DNA of 64,000 nt from Antedon mediterranea (taxonomy: Eukaryota; Animalia; Echinodermata): the NCBI RefSeq assembly GCF_964355755.1, contig NC_092671.1:16058001-16122000 (forward strand), read 5' to 3'. Numbering within the stretch: the first letter of the stretch is position 1; each line of letters opens with the position of its first letter. The notes under the pieces are model-generated. The model was not told where the DNA came from and searched no databases. It worked only from the letters and a program-made list of their open reading frames with translations. The translations under genes and the position numbers were made by a program. Shown in pieces: positions 51,701-63,346 of the stretch.

Positions 51701-54700
51701 ACATTGTGTTGGTTGAATAAACAGTTCAACGAACTCAACACTTTCAACGCCAACGGACAACACAGTTTCAACGCGTTGTCAACACTTTAACAATGCGTTG
51801 AATGCGTTCAAAATCTGCAATAATTCTGTCCGGTACTGTACATTCAAATTTGCCTGTTATTTAACCTCTATTTAGAAATGTCCACCGTCTATTCAATTTC
51901 AAAATGACACCCTTGTGTTCATAATATAACACATGTTGTTACACTTGTAATCATACAAAATTCATTAATAATATCGCAATTTTACCATAATAAAACTACC
52001 CAATACTGATACACATTTATAAATTGTCAAAATTCAGTTCAATTAACAGTAGTAATATTGCTAAACAAAATCTGTTTAAATCTATATTCACTAAATCTTG
52101 TTGATAATTTTTCCCATTTTAAACACCTGAACTTACAGTACATAAAGTAAAATGGAAAAAACAGTTTAATCATTATTATAAGTAAATGGAGCAAAAAGCC
52201 AGGGCAACGGTAAGAGTAAAACCGGCCGTTGTATACCAAGCAATTGATAAGCAGGCTAGTGGATAATATCAGCGCGCTAGAATAGTCACTATATGACCTT
52301 ATTACATGTTAGATCCATTAATATTAATATCACTATTCAGTTTCATATTTATTTATTTACTTTACATATTTCAAGGACTGCCTTGATGCTGAATAATAAG
52401 TCTGTACAGTAGCGAGATGCAAGAAACAAAAGCACAATTTATTATACAAAGAGGAGGTAATTCAATCCAATATCAGTACAGTATTTAACCAAGGCAATCT
52501 AACAACAGTCCTTTGATCTTATGCCTTGCTGCAACAAATTCCATGCAGTACTATATTCTCCGTGGCGCGCAGCGTCTGAATGGGCGTGGAGCTAATCGTG
52601 CCGCAGCCACAAATAAACTCTTTGATCTCAGGAGCTCCTGTTGTTAGATTGCCTTGGTATAACCTTTATTTCTTTCATATGAATGAGGTTGAGGAACACT
52701 CAAATAATATTCTTCAAACAGTAATAGGATTCAACATTGAACATAGTAGTTCCAGGAAGTACTCTATTTTCCTTTATAACACTCATCTTAAGTTGACTCA
52801 GTGAAGGATCCAGAATTTTGAATAGGGCAGTCCAGGCTCTAAAAATGATGGAAATAATGCAGAACCTAATTATCCTATCTTTTGCATTCTAATTTTTTTT
52901 TTTTTATGATAGTTGAGGTGGGAGGGGAGTGGGGTGCTGCTGCCATCTCAACCTTGCTGCTGTTCTTCCTCCGCATGTACTGTGCCTGTCTTAATAACTA
53001 ATTCATTACATGAAAGGGCAAATGTAAACAATTAACTACTTATCATATCCCATAGTGCTTTCTCTATTCCTACCAAGATCATTGTTTTCATGAACATTTT
53101 TTTATGTCACAAACTAAATTCTAGTCAGCTTATACTAGAAACACCCCTGGACATAAAAACCACCACTAGTCCCTCATACTGTACTATGTAGTAAATAAAC
53201 CAATATGCTTTTCTATTAATTTAGATATTATTATGTATTAGTGTTTACCTTTATATTTTAAAGTGGAATTTATGTTGTTTACTCAGCTTCCCAATTGACA
53301 GGTGCTTAATTTTATGATTCAACTATTTTACTATAGAATTATATAACAATTAAACTTTGAGATTAGGATTACGTTATGACTGAGTATAATCCCATCCCTA
53401 CAGTAATTTTAAGCTAAATTCAGATGCAGAGATTTGGTAATTCCATTGTTAAAATAATCCAATCTAAGTTTCATAGCCAGGCCCTCTGGTTACTGTATAC
53501 TCAGCCATACAGTATTATGAAGGTGGTAGATAATTATAAAAATAGATTTTGCTGTATGTAGTATTTTAAAAAATAATCTCCACATCATTTTGTACATTTA
53601 AACTCATGTAGTTTGTGGATAAATTTTATTTTATTCTATATGAAATTCGCAATAAAAGAAATGAATGATGTACTGTACATTAGTTGTACAGTAATTAGAC
53701 AGTGTAAACTATAGCTTCTTACAAGATGTTCATTCAGTCCATTTTCTATTATTATTAAAATTTAAGATTAATGGTAATAGTATTAGCTTTTCAGCAAAAT
53801 TTTACCTTGTTTTCTTATTTACATCAAAATATATCCAGGGTAGTAAATATAAACCTGGTATAAGCAAGCAAGTTTACGTCATAGACTGAGAGATCTTTCC
53901 TAGAAGCTAATGGAATCTGCCTGAATGTAAGTTGAAAACATTCAATGTTATCCAGTTAATTAGATAAATATATTTAGCATATGAAATATGGATACAGTAT
54001 TATACGAAATATGGAATACAAAATTCATAAAGGTCTGAATTGTACAATATTAAATGAATGCAGTGTCGTTAAAATTTAAACACAAAGTTTCACTGAAATA
54101 ATTATATTTTATTGAATCACTTGTCACCACCTTAATGCAACTAGAAAAAATGCATTTTTGTTTATTGTTTAGTATCGGAAAATCATTAATAATGACAATT
54201 GTGTGCATAGCTCGTTGAAATGATGGCAGGGAAAGGGGATGCAATACAGTATTTTATTAATCTATTTTATTTTATATAGGCTTTTTAATGGCGCCCTACC
54301 AAGAACAGAGCGCCTTAAAATTAATTTAAACTATTGGATAAAAGGAAAATCCTAAAGATGTACGTGTGGGTCATTCCATCTCAGATCACCCAATGAGTTA
54401 AACCCTACCTCTTCCAATTTTGATGAAATTTGGTATATGGGTGATTCATAGCAATTAAAGCCAAAATTTCAAATTTTAACTTTATTGGACCAACGGTTTT
54501 CGAGATATCGCAATTTCAATTTTCGGTTTTTACGCAAAAAAGGGCGCGTCCGCCACGTTTCAAAGAGCTGTATCTCGGGAACTATAGGTTCGATTTTAAA
54601 AGCAAAGGTATTTTTGTAAAGGGGAGACCATAAGGAATCTAAATATACTAATTGTGTGTGTTTTATGTTAATTTTAAGTTGAATAAAACTTTGACATATA

Positions 54701-57700
54701 TTTTGACCTTGAAATTGACCCCGTGGAACACGCCCGTTTTGTTGGTGACTATCATGAAAAATGTAGCCCTACGTGTCAACTACAACATATACAAAAATTG
54801 GAGGGGTTTTTTTCTTTGTTTCCATGAAATTACAATTTGAAGTTGACATACCTCTTCCTTTTAGTGTATTTTTGGTGTCTGTCCATGCATTACTTCAATG
54901 TCAATTTGATGTATTCCAAAATTAATTTTATTTACAAACTAAATATTATTATAATGTTACAATTGTCTATGTCTGGCCTTTACTCCTTGTCATCTGGACA
55001 ATTCAAACAGTATTTAGAAATGTTGTGGCGATCATTTTGGGAAATACTGTAATTCCTAGTCGAAGAGGATTTTATAAACGGAGAGGATTTTATAAACGGA
55101 GAGGCTATAATACAATGTACATTTGATTCAGGAATCCAACAACAGTCTTCTTTGGACGGCCAATAAAAGGTTTTCGCTGACCCATGAGGATGCATAAATT
55201 TAATTTGAAAATCCCCAAACTCTTCTGAGAGTGAGACATCCACCACCAAACCAATCCATGGGACACCATCATAACTACAGCACACAAAATTCTGAAGTCT
55301 AATAATGGTGGGTTGTGTATCAGCAACAATTTCATTTTCATCACTGAAAGATTCTTGAATCACTACCACATCCGGAGGGTTTATCTGGGTACTAAGTTTG
55401 TAGACCTGCATCTGTGCCAGAGAAACGGGAACAAAGCGATGATATTGTAATGTACCCTTGATGGTCTGGGCGAGGTTGAATCTCGGCTTTATTTCTTTTT
55501 CTACAGTAGATACCTCATCTATTCCCACATGAAAAAAGTTGATGCCTGGAATGTCCATATGAGCGAGTCATATGGCCGAGCGGTTAAGGCAGGGGCGCCG
55601 TTTACCGTACCTAAAAGACAACAACATCGGCAAGGGTTCGAGGCCGACTCGCTCCTCTCTTCAAGTCTTCTCGGATAAGGACTATAAACCATAGTCCAGT
55701 GTACACAGTTATAACATGTGTGTACTTTAAAGGACCCAGTTCATTATTCGAAAAATAGTAGGGGGTTACCCCGGTGAACTGGTTCACACAATAGCCCCTG
55801 TATCAGGGGGATTACCACCTATCTGATAGGACAGTGACTAATTCACTATTGATAATCCTTGGCCACATTGCCTAAAGACATAAAATAGAAATAAAAAATT
55901 ACACAGTAGTCGAACATACTGAGAGATGTGATAATATGACATTCAGTCAAACGCTGTAAGCTTCTCTTAGTGACAAGCCTCTTAACTGTTCCACCTATGC
56001 CATCACACGCACTCTTGCCATGTGATGTAGCGAAAAAATTCCACTCGGCGTCTAAACCAAAATCTTCCTGGTAGTGGCAAAGGTTAATAAAGTAATATTT
56101 GTTTTTGTATTGGCCGCCACATCCATCTGTGAAATAATGAACTTTTTTCATGGTTGGTAGTTTTGTTTTTATATAGGGGATGACAACCTTTAAAAAGGCA
56201 TATACAGTAACTGTTGTATGTTCTCTGCAATCACTTATTATGCATATGTTAATGTGCATAATAACATAGTAAGGACACTAAACTATGTGTCAAAATTGAT
56301 TTGAAAAGTATGTGAGTTACCCAGTATTTCTCATATCAAAATACATCTACTGTTTAAGTGGGCCTGATGAGAAAGCGTAACAATAAGACACCTTAACAGT
56401 TAGTGTTCACACTGTGTATAAGTATAACAACACCAAAAATACACTAAAAGGAAGAGGTATGTCAACTTCAAATTGTAATTTCATGGAAACAAAGAAAAAA
56501 ACCCCTCCAATTTTTTTATATGTTGTAGTTGACACGTAGGGCTACATTTTTCGTGATAGTCACCAACAAATCGGGCGTGTTCCACGGGGTCAATTTCAAG
56601 GTCAAAATATATGTCAAAGTTTTATTCAACTTAAAATTAACATAAAACAAACACAATTAGTATATTTAGGTTCCTTATGGTCTCCCCTTTACAAAAATAC
56701 CTTTGTTTTTAAAATCGAACCTATAGTTCCCGAGATACAGCTCTTTGAAACGTGGCGGCCGCGCGCTTTTTTGCGTAAAAACCGAAAATTGAAATTGCGA
56801 TATCTCGAAAACCGTTGGTCCGATAAAGTTAAAATTTGAAATGTTGGCTTTAATTGCTATGAATCACCCATATACCAAATTTCATCAAAATTGGAAGAGG
56901 TAGGGTTTAAAATTCCATTTTTTTTGGGTGAACTGAGATGGAATGACCCGTATGTGTCCCCCAAAAACATAAAAAAATGAAGATTAGTTAAATCAGGACT
57001 TTAAAAGTTAATAACTTCTGTTAAAAAAAATGAAAACAAATTGTTTTCTCATATAAAATGACAAAATAAATGGTAAAATTCAACCAAAAACCCATTTGCT
57101 GACAGCCAATTTGACTATTTTTTGCTTTAAATTACAGATTTTCAGGTAAATTCGATTCAATTTTGTTCAAAGTGGATAACTATTATGTTACATTAAAATG
57201 GCATATGCAAAAAAAACATTATTTTTCAGGACAATACATCTTTAATATTACAGTACGTTTAAATATAGGTGTTTAAAATTGTGCGCATACTGTATGTGCC
57301 CTAATTTTTACAGGTCTCATCATTGTACAATGATCTGAAATTTCTTCTTTTTTTTCAAGTGGAGCGGATGTCGGATTCCACTAACATAGCCACAACCGAT
57401 TGTAGCTCTAAGCTCTTCACCCAGAAGAAAATGTCTTGACGATACCCTCCAAAACTAGCATGACCACTACACCTTCCGTTTCTTCAATATAATAACTAAT
57501 AATATACGTTGGCATGTATTGTGAGTGTGAAGACAATTCCTAAATGGGGCCTTGATATTGACGTTATATTTACACCGACTGACATGGTGTACTAGGTCTA
57601 TAACAAGAAATATTGGTATTTTGTTAATTATACAAAGAAATTAGTTAGGCCTTCTCACATTTCTCATGTTTGTTTGGGTTTCATTCACAATTTTGTGATA

Positions 57701-57988
57701 TGGTAAATTACAATCATCAGTAATTATACAATTATTAATAATATAATAATAATTATTATAATACCTGATAGTATCTTCTAATCTTTGAGTAACATAGGCC
57801 GTGGTAGGCGAGTCTGGGCGACTTCTGCTTGGTTCTTCCTGCTGAATTTTACCTTTATCAAAATACCCTTCGTTGGATTTTGAACCCATTGTTGTCTGTT
57901 CATCATGATGAACCGACGACGACTTTCCTAAAAAGTTGTCTAAACTGCGTATGTTATTTGTTGCTTTATCCGACCCAACAGACGTCAT
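21754..57988 (-). CDS. RFX7: RFX5/RFX7-family winged-helix transcription factor, 7 exons, ~1167 aa
   Basis: Minus-strand exons 57988-57765, 48910-48877, 32321-32224, 31617-31498, 25422-25306, 24958-24874 and 24579-21754 are phase-consistent. They encode [15 protein letters not shown] (RFX5/7 N-terminal domain), the DNA-binding domain WIRTHLEE...KQDIYDDY...[33 protein letters not shown], and VCEWA. A long S/T/P-rich tail contains QRSQSVPL, which is RFX7-like. Confidence 0.9.
24959..25305 (-). other. U12-type (minor spliceosome) AT-AC intron in the RFX gene
   Basis: 5' splice site ATATCCTTT, branch site TCTTTAAC about 10 nt before a terminal AC. Splicing restores GNSK/YCYSG in frame. Confidence 0.92.
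25966..26145. mobile_element. Tigger/pogo-like MITE
   Basis: TA|CAGTCAACTCTC...GAGAGATTCGAGTG|TA with degenerate TIRs. Confidence 0.45.
26336..27568. mobile_element. Kolobok-type non-autonomous element (26371-26997) inserted in reverse orientation into another copy of the same family (26336-27568)
   Basis: The inner copy has termini AG...CT and an exact TTAA TSD (26367-70 / 26998-27001). Removing it restores GATCTAATTTAA|GGTCACAAACTA, which is the reverse complement of the inner copy's 3' end. Confidence 0.8.
27926..28219. mobile_element. hAT-like MITE
   Basis: TIR CAGTGTTCTC...GAGAACACTG. The TSD is only partly matching. Confidence 0.55.
30659..30812. repeat. Compound trinucleotide microsatellite (GAT/GAC/AAT)n
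   Basis: Directly visible; it produces spurious poly-Ile and poly-Ser ORFs on the minus strand. Confidence 0.9.
33600..34123 (+). mobile_element. 3' fragment of a CR1/L2-group LINE
   Basis: The ORF tail [10 protein letters not shown]...LPVEIRDS...FINKLKIYF resembles the L2/CR1 ORF2 C-terminus. It is followed by a T-rich 3' UTR and an AATAAATGAAATGAAATG tail. Confidence 0.55.
34642..37773. mobile_element. Decayed Academ-type DNA transposon with ~440-bp TIRs
   Basis: Termini TAGTACAGG...CCTGTACTA with a 3-bp AAA TSD; TIRs ~34642-35082 and ~37322-37773. Minus-strand frameshifted remnants include (G)[38 protein letters not shown] and VLDG(G)AL, which are typical of Academ proteins. Confidence 0.75.
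36594..36987. mobile_element. pogo/Tigger-like MITE nested in the Academ element
   Basis: TA|CCGCATTTATTTGAATAAA...TTTATCCGAATAAATACGG|TA. Confidence 0.7.
40039..40102 (+). repeat. Exact 64-bp copy of part of the Gypsy direct repeat, followed by splice donor GTAAGT
   Basis: Identical to 40866-40929 and 46958-47021. Confidence 0.95.
40741..40953 (+). repeat. 5' LTR-like direct repeat
   Basis: Identical by eye to 46833-47045. It contains ATTAAA and abuts the PBS. Confidence 0.9.
40954..40970 (+). other. Primer-binding site, tRNA-Arg(ACG)-type
   Basis: TGGCGATCCTGCCAGGA is complementary to ...TCCTGGCAGGATCG-CCA, the 3' end of invertebrate tRNA-Arg(ACG) as recalled from Drosophila. Confidence 0.85.
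40993..42156 (+). CDS. gag: Gypsy Gag (PNMA-like capsid plus CCHC zinc knuckle)
   Basis: ATG at 40993 just after the PBS; [14 protein letters not shown] motif; zinc knuckle [14 protein letters not shown]. Confidence 0.92.
   Translation: MDLQTLEREVKDCLYKLTLPQLKEVAGAIKQDAGIADKPIRAVLKHILRYLESEEVEALEDGGESVLLVVRTKMEEFRTSPTSSTETETTRPLPSSIEMFKRELKIKGQIGSTGQTDKLSYLSVMRQIEDSLTRGYNRSAILNAVTMAVTSGTPLRGYLESRPEMSLAQLRRVLRSHFKEGDALDSYQQLSAAYQQPDESAQEFVVRAMNLRQKVRFSSNEEGAPLMYDDQLLRSTFLQTLQTGLRGNLRIEMREHLQEPNISDEDLLERLARVENLEDKRKQKQCTSNTVKVASATVTTSSPSDEIKMLVEGLKTLQASVSALQGVVQHTNKGRRKSRGRGCNSCKQDGKGDDCRHCYKCGGDNHFARACTTNQGNGPRSSQRDLE
42102..46808 (+). CDS. pol: Gypsy Pol (protease, RT, RNase H, integrase), probably expressed by -1 frameshift
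   Basis: Protease LWDTGSQVS; [20 protein letters not shown] and YLDDII; RNase H LHTDAS, KLEFLAL and TDNNPL; integrase with zinc-binding [17 protein letters not shown] and [11 protein letters not shown]. The 1568-codon frame has no stops. Confidence 0.96.
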   Translation: MHHQPGKRTPIIPTGLGMIVEKPNMSPNSKKREIEVAKGDHMYQGQSGIDHSKGSHSNQSKFDPEKKHQISHLTPGQHLRLVNLIGRRCTVKCKLNGNIEEVLWDTGSQVSIVSQTWWKTNCQGEPLRNLRELLQSDLKLTAANGTDIPYIGWLSLKFQLLSINNNDTSTFSTLVPVLVTADELPQPIIGYNVIKEIVQIEQPELVRTVKTSFSKCNNIKAQKLISMMRNSDPTDFCNIYSGNLVHEVPAKQTTFIRVRAITGPIQEKMMVIIEPLLEPHLPDGLEVNENVVELTCRPCNDIRVSVTNKTDQNLIIPKKTLLGKLQLVRAIYRGVFEAGSDEVVPTVGVQTARVDVTPEINTRNWKSQLDLSHLSCDQQHIVNQMLDEESNSFSHGEQDMGSIPSLQMKINLLDNIPVQKTYQSIPRPLFQEVKDYLTDLIDRGWVVKSKSPYASPVVCVRKKDGGLRLCIDYRELNRKTIPDCQPIPRIQDVLDSLGGNRWFSTLDQGKAYHQGYMTTDSRPLTAFVTPWGLHEWVRIPFGLKNAPAAYQRCMEDALEGLNHQICEVYLDDIIVYGKTFEEHQINLQKVLKRIQEKGMKLKPAKCKLFQSEVKYLGKIISHEGYRPDPRDTEALYTLKSNIPRTVGEVRKLLGFTGYYRRYLRDYSKRAKPLFVLLTQAGTTTKNNQSTNKKNQRKKQKKHSNRKDNGQVPSSTPITWLPEYQQIVDSFIDELSRAPIMAFPDFERPFELHTDASQDGLGAVLYQRQDGVLRVIGYGSRSLTPGEKNYHLHSGKLEFLALKWAITSHFRDYLSFAKSFTVYTDNNPLTYILTTAKLNAVGHRWVAELADFNFTIKYRPGRNNEDADVLSRIPMSPSEFDQCTEEISPLVMDAVVQGIAIQQTADFAYINHIVTDHVHIQDQPFGITPNLSTLSIAEVRLAQEDDPALARFREYKTKGRWPTRSERTNEIPETRTLMREWSKINLDKDGILRRTTKTRTQLLIPKSLRPMILKSLHNEMGHLGTERVLILIRERFYWPHMETNINHYIKQECSCVKDKKPSRITRAPLVNIKTSEPFELVSIDFLHLDKCKGGYEYILVVMDHFTRFAQAYPTTNKSGKTVADRIFNDFVLKFGYPRRLHHDQGREFENSLFRRLEQLSEVRGSRTTPYHPQGNGQVERFNRTLLSMLRTLTTEQKHDWKQHLNKVVHAYNVTRHESTGYSPHYLLYGRSPRLPIDLAFGLSPDGDAAASEHHEYAKNWKMRMEEAYALARSNMQKLAERSKHRHDQQRPISTSLSPGDRVLIKNCVPPGGPGKLQSFYEDRIYIVVAQKQELPVYEVRPENGNGRVRTLHRNLLCPCDALVPDTQNVASKKKTKITPEQRLPSDPTEKATPQPETDSVGSDEEDEVYLQYPLLTNPEPQYACTSNDSLVQVEPYATPPTAEDSTVDEKHMEAAGDTQHADMDEPVSSNEQVPAAEIGRPVRHRQPPTLFGYHNLGTPAPGCMQINGANTRPLQNPYWDNHYRNGPIQFYPQPTQYATQQPICTEFHPTRQWIPPTVPGQYPMFHRKC
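46833..47045 (+). repeat. 3' LTR-like direct repeat, preceded by (TCTTA)5
   Basis: Identical to 40741-40953. Confidence 0.9.
47821..48098. mobile_element. PIF/Harbinger-like MITE
   Basis: TIR AGCCTGGTTTCCATAAAATCG...CGATTTTATGGAAACCGGGCT with a TAA TSD on both sides. Confidence 0.8.
48161..48622. mobile_element. MITE with ~50-bp TIRs (superfamily unassigned)
   Basis: TAGAGAGGTTTCGCAATCTTACGAATACGATAACGAAAACGGATACGTCAT is matched in reverse complement at ~48572-48622. Confidence 0.8.
49123..49541. mobile_element. hAT-like MITE
   Basis: TIR CAGGCCTCGAATTT...AAATTCGAGGCCTG with internal TGGCC/TGCCC repeats. Confidence 0.7.
49765..51838. mobile_element. 2.07-kb non-autonomous TIR element with TA TSD (Tc1/mariner-like)
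   Basis: TA|CAGTACAGGACAGAATTATTGCA...TGCAATAATTCTGTCCGGTACTG|TA, with subterminal CGTTGAA/TTCAACG arrays and no transposase ORF. Confidence 0.75.
52340..52800 (-). mobile_element. Probable decayed L2/CR1 LINE 3' fragment
   Basis: The minus strand reads FRRCAP...AWNLL..IRS across frameshifts and ends in an AAATAAATAAAAT tail. Confidence 0.4.
54980..56259 (-). pseudogene. Truncated DDD-type transposase (Sola2-like), interrupted by a SINE
   Basis: [12 protein letters not shown]...[22 protein letters not shown] in 55846-56259. The frame continues [15 protein letters not shown]...[10 protein letters not shown]...KFMHPHG..FYWP after removing the SINE. The N-terminus is missing. Confidence 0.8.
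55561..55898 (+). mobile_element. tRNA-headed Deu/Nin-like SINE
   Basis: A-box TGGCCGAGCGG, B-box GGTTCGAGGCC, the same core as 9026-9345, and an A-rich tail. Confidence 0.8.
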
Positions 57989-59454
57989 TTTGAGAAAAAT
58001 GAAAAACTAAAAGGTGTGAAAATATTGATGAAATCAGCAATACCAGCCAAAAAGGCTAGATATTACAGAAATTTAGAAGTAAACTGTCTGTCTATACAAC
58101 CCATGCCCAACTCTGCTGTCGGCCATTTTCCCACACATGACGTTACCAAGCGTTCGACAGAGGGCGGATAACTCACAAAATAGAAAAACAAAATAAAACA
58201 CAATGACGTATTTTAATACACTTAAAAGTGTGTAACAAGCGTGTAAATAGATGAGTACCGTTATCAACAATACGGTATTGTAAACAAATCCTCTATTACT
58301 GTTTACTTTGCGGTTAACCGTTAGCTTGGGCCATTGCTAGAAACAATACTGGTAAAGTGTGCGCGTGTCGATTAAATTAATGTTTGACACGGTATAAAAT
58401 GTGTTATTCCTCTATATACTAAATTATCTGGTAGATTTAGGCTAGGCTATAGTAACTATTAGAAAGAAAAAAATTTAAAAACACTAAAATAAAGCTATTT
58501 TAAAGATCCATTTATTTCAATTCAAGGAACTGTTATTCTTCCATATTATACAAAAAGCATGACTCAATATATTACTTACAATAAAACATTACAATACAAG
58601 ATTTCGGTGTTGTCGTCACACCCGGAGAACAACAAATATTATTTTAAAAAGGTTTTTAATTGTATTATGCCCATATTGTTGTATAGTTCAAAACTTTAAA
58701 AAAATAAAATAAACGTTTCTTCTTATTTATGTCCGAGTTACTTTTCTATATATATGGAGGCTTCATTTCCAGTGCTCGTAAGTAAATGATTATAGCCCAT
58801 AGCATAAACAGCTAGCGATACCGTACAGTTTAACTTTAGATTTTGTTTCAGTTGTTCCAGCCAGATATTTGGATTGTTTTTTCTCTAAATGAATGGTGTA
58901 CAGTTCTCTCTCCATTTTTGATGCTGTATCTCAAATTCAGTTACAACTTTTGTCATAAATTTGTTTGTTTCCTGGTTAAATTCATTCTTAGAAAGTGTAA
59001 CGATCTTCCATTTAATCCATTTTTCTGACCACGTTGACACACGCTTACAAAACGTCAAACGTCTTCCAGTTTTTGCTTCAATTGCATCGCAAAGTTCTTG
59101 AATGTGCGTTCGAATGAAATCAAATACATTTGGTTCTTCCTCAACCTTACAGGAACCAGACATCCGAACGGACAGGCAGATGACGAGAATCAAAAACAGT
59201 TTCCGGTTGTTTTTTAAGCACCGTCTTTTTACGAATAGACATCGTCGGTATTCAAACATAATCATGATGCAAAAACGCAGATAAGTAATAATAAAGATCT
59301 ATAAATTGTTGAAAACACTTTTTAAATCATTGATTATTAATCTTGATTGATGCACACCAAAAGTCATAAGTGGTTGTACAGTGAGTTAAACTCGGCTCAC
59401 TAGTGCTCTCTCTCATTCGTGATTGGAACTGAATTTAGACAAGTTTGGCACTCG

Positions 59455-59775
59455 GTGTCCGAAAGTGCGTGTTTGCTATCAAAACAGAAACTGCGCAGAA
59501 GAAGGGTATCACCAAGGGGGGCATTTCATTCGTCCGTGATATTGGAAAAGTTTGTAGATGTAAATGTAAATGGAGTAATAACCTGCGACTTGCAGCCGGC
59601 CTACTGGGCTGAATTGCGCACATGTGTGGACGACACATACCACAGCTTTCTACTCCCCCCTAAGGGTCCCTTTTCATGTCGAGTGCTGCCGGCCACAAAC
59701 GGTGCCCGTTCGTTTGGTACATTTCAGTGTCCGAAAGTGCGTATTTGCTATTAAAATAGAAACTGCGCAGAAGAA
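59455..59775 (+). repeat. 49-bp direct repeat (59455-59503 and 59727-59775)
   Basis: GTGTCCGAAAGTGCGT(G/A)TTTGCTAT(C/T)AAAA(C/T)AGAAACTGCGCAGAAGAA, 3 mismatches. Confidence 0.85.
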
Positions 59776-60869
59776 AAAAAAAACAGTGCATCATAAAGGG
59801 GTTTGTCTATTGTCTACTTTCAGGTTGTTAGGGGCAGAAGCTGCTTTATCTTACACAAACAATCTTTAAGGCTTTATTTTTAAATTGAGTTGTATTATGT
59901 ATCGGTTATAGGCCTATTTCACGTAATGATAAAAAACAAATAAGTACAGGGACTAAAACAACTTGAACTTGACTTGAACAAACCATGTAAATTTTGTTTA
60001 AATTTAGGCCTACTAATTTACTGTGTGTAAATAGGATACCGTATAGTTGTTTACCAAAAGAAGAATGTAAACTCACTCTTTCATGGTTTTCCTATTTAAT
60101 TCATCAATTAACCCGAGCGAAATTGTAAAATGGTAGGCCTAAATTGAAGGCACGTGATGTTTTATTTTGACTTATGTTTGGTGTTAAGCCAAATTGTATG
60201 TTATGTATATAATTGGTGTATGTTATATGTGTTACTACTAAACGTCATTAATTCGGCCGTAAGTCAAGTTCATAAATATATTATCATTTAACACCGCCGA
60301 TTGGTCGGTCAAAGAAAATGATAGTAAATTGTGGAAAGAAACATGTTTAATAACAGCATGTAAAACCGTGACTAGCCACGTGTTTTGTTATTTCCATTGC
60401 AGTCTGTGTTTATGTTTTTGTTTTATGAGCCGTCCTATATTGTAAGATCCTCGTAATACTATCACAGAAAGGTTATTCGTGGTTAAGGCTAAGCAAAATA
60501 ACCTTTATAATAGTTTTGGAAATGTGAAGACTTCCATTGACATTGTACAGATGGTGCGGTTGAAAAATATATGGCCGAAATAAAAAGAAAATATATCTAA
60601 GCTTCTCGTTGGTCCAGGTTTAAATCTGTTATTAAATTATAGATAGGTTATGATTTGAAAGAATTCAAATATATCGCATCATTTAAACAAAATATAAATA
60701 ATTTCTCTTTTAATTAGTAGTTATTTTATTATGATATTAATTATAATAAGCCTAAAATAAATATTGTTAACACGACAGTTTTGTCGCGTGTGGTTGTTTA
60801 AGTACTTTTAAACCCTTTTGATTGGTCATTAGTTTGGACTACTTTAGCGCATGCTCCAAAATAACAAAG

Positions 60870-63015
60870 ATGGCTGCGTACATACGACGTCTGCTCAAGT
60901 TGTTTAAGTCTGTCGTATTATTCTCTGTTTTATTAAACATAATTGCATGTTACGCAGAAACAATTTTACTTGATGATGACATATTTCAAGCTAGTTCGTC
61001 ACAAAAAGGTTTAAACGTAGGAGTCGCTAAGCCAGTAAGGTATGAATGAGCCTAGCCTAGCTAGCCTTTTAGTTAGGCCACCAAGCCTACGCGTACGGCG
61101 GAACGAGAGGCCTCTCAGCCCGCCTCTATGTGACGTGTCAAAATGGGATAACGTCAACTCGTCAGAGTGAGAGTTTGACCGGCAGCCGGTGCAATAATCT
61201 ACGCCCCTAGGTTTCTAGGGTTAGGCCTACTAGATCTAGCAACCTACACTGTTATTGTATATTTTGAAAAAAAAAACCTGTTAGTGTTAAAGATATTGTC
61301 CCCCTAAAAAAATATTTTTTTAAATTTTTTTGTTGAATATGTTATTTCACATAATACTGTTATTCACTCTCACAAAAAATTGGGTCTGAAAAAAATTTAT
61401 TTACCTGAGAAAAATGTAATTTAAAGCAAAAAATGGTCAAATTGTGAATTGACAATGAGGTTTTGGGTAATTTAACTGTTTATTTTGTCTTTTTATTGGT
61501 GAAATATTTTTTTTTCCCCGTTTTTTTTCTTATGGAAGTGAACAACTTCATTAAAACTGCAAAATGGCTTATTCAAAGTCCGATTTTAAAAATCTTTATT
61601 TTTCATGATTTTGGGGGACAATACATCTTTAATAATAATATATAATTATAATAAATAATAAAACATAATAATGGTAATTACTAGTCTGTAGGCCTTTAAT
61701 TATAGTATACTATATATATTGAATTTTTTATATTAATTTATACATTAATCATTATTGAAATTGTATTTTTTTGTTTAATTGTTTTTTATTTTCGTGCTAC
61801 TACTTCTATTTATTCTAGGCCCAGACATATCTGTAATACAGATAGATAGAAGATAACAAATAATTATCAATTTGAGGATTTATTTGTTACTTTTCATGTG
61901 ATTTTCCTTCATAAAAGTAGTTATAAGGCCTAATTCTAACATGTGGTATTCACAATAAAGTTACAGTTAAGTTCTAAATTTGGAGTTGAAATACAAGACA
62001 GGTGCAAAACAGAAATAACACCAATGTTTTTGCAATCTCTCCATCTTCTGTAGCACGAAAATTGTGCATTAGGCTGTCTGGGCAGTATAACCTAACATTA
62101 AATTTGAATGGAAATTTCCAGAGAAATATCTGTTATAATTCTTAATTTATAGGTATCTACTGTATGATGTCAATCCTGGAGAAGGATTTAATTTAAGACG
62201 AGATGTTTACATGCGAATAGCAAATCTTGTTAAAACGCTCTGTGAAAAAGAAGAATGGATTTTGGTACTTCCGCCTTGGGGTAGGATGTATCATTGGAAG
62301 ACGCCAAGGCTTGACCAAAATCGAATACCATGGTCTTTATTCTTTAATGTTGAAAGCTTGAACCAACATGTTCCTGTTATGGAATTTGAAGAATACCTAT
62401 GGCATGCCAACAGTAATTTATTTATTATTATTATTAAATTAGCTTATAAATAAGAGTAGTTAAAAAAAGTTTATAATTGCCTCCCGCCTAAAAAATCGCA
62501 GTACTGTATACAATATTTCATATTTTTAAATAAAAATTTAGGTAACTTTAGACAATATCTAGAACCTCAGTTTGATTGCTATTGGTTTATTCTGGCTATC
62601 AGTTAAAAAAAAATCATCACACTATCATTAATAATAAAATCTATCTTCCAAATTTACAGTATCGATAAATAGGTTTCCCAAAAGAAGAGTAACAAAACAA
62701 TTTAGTTTATGTTATTATTCATTGTGTAATCACACTTAATTTTTGTATTTATAATAATACATTGACAGGAGAACCAGAAATTGAAGAAATATACACACTC
62801 CAACGTTATGCTGAAGGATGGAAAAATGGTAAATTTGAAGAAAAGTATGACAGACGAGAGTGCATTGATCGACCTCCTTATATAAAAAAAGATGGAAAGT
62901 TTAGAGGCTGGTTCTGGGGTTACAACGACGTGTATGGCTTGAACTTTACATGTCTGTCTGTACAGGGCTTTGCAAGCATTCTAGCTCCTATGCTGTGGGA
63001 AAATACAACTGCAAG
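60870..63015 (+). CDS. POFUT2: GDP-fucose protein O-fucosyltransferase 2, first 3 exons (continues beyond the window)
   Basis: Exon 60870-61039 has a signal-peptide-like N-terminus. Exon 62153-62412 encodes [24 protein letters not shown]...[12 protein letters not shown], and exon 62769-63015 encodes [11 protein letters not shown]...FRGWFWGY...CLSVQG. The exon 2/3 junction is the least certain. Confidence 0.93.
61291..61628. mobile_element. Kolobok-type MITE
   Basis: TTAA|AGATATTGTCCCC...GGGGACAATACATCT|TTAA. Confidence 0.75.
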
Positions 63016-63346
63016 GTATGTTTACTTTGTGTGTTATCTTTATTGGTTCTAAGTACCCTATAATAGAGGTTAATATAAAAGTTTGATGAATGTAGGGTAG
63101 TAAACTATAGGCTTATTAAAGGAAGTAGGTGATATGTCAGTTTCTGAAACTGTTTGATATTTAAACTGTAATTGTGCAAAGTATGCATACAGTGTTAGAT
63201 ATTGTTTTCAATAAATTCTTATTACGAACAATTTTTAGTTTTGAAAGTATGCATGCAATATTATGATACATATTTAAAGTATATATAAAACTTCCATTTT
63301 TATTTGTATTAAAATAGTTATAATAACAACATAATAGTTATATACA

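Larger units (their letters stand above)
54368..56949 (-). mobile_element. Sola2-type DNA transposon (internally deleted) with ~510-bp TIRs
   Basis: Near-identical TIRs 54368-54878 and 56430-56949 with GGG...CCC termini; a transposase remnant lies inside. Confidence 0.8.
54356..57241. mobile_element. Kolobok-type MITE split by the Sola2-type insertion
   Basis: Starts AGATGTA at 54356, resumes TGTCCCCCAAAA at ~56955 and ends GGACAATACATCT|TTAA. It is the same family as 61291-61628. Confidence 0.65.

Noticed and set aside
55561-55655. tRNA gene-like sequence (also at 9026, 8420 and 63347)
   Set aside because: No clean cloverleaf or poly-T terminator, and each runs into a shared SINE body.
62750-62770. 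Possible AC acceptor or U12 intron in POFUT2 (TAC|ATTGACAGGA)
   Set aside because: There is no ATATCC donor, and a GT-AG junction 62412/62769 keeps the frame.
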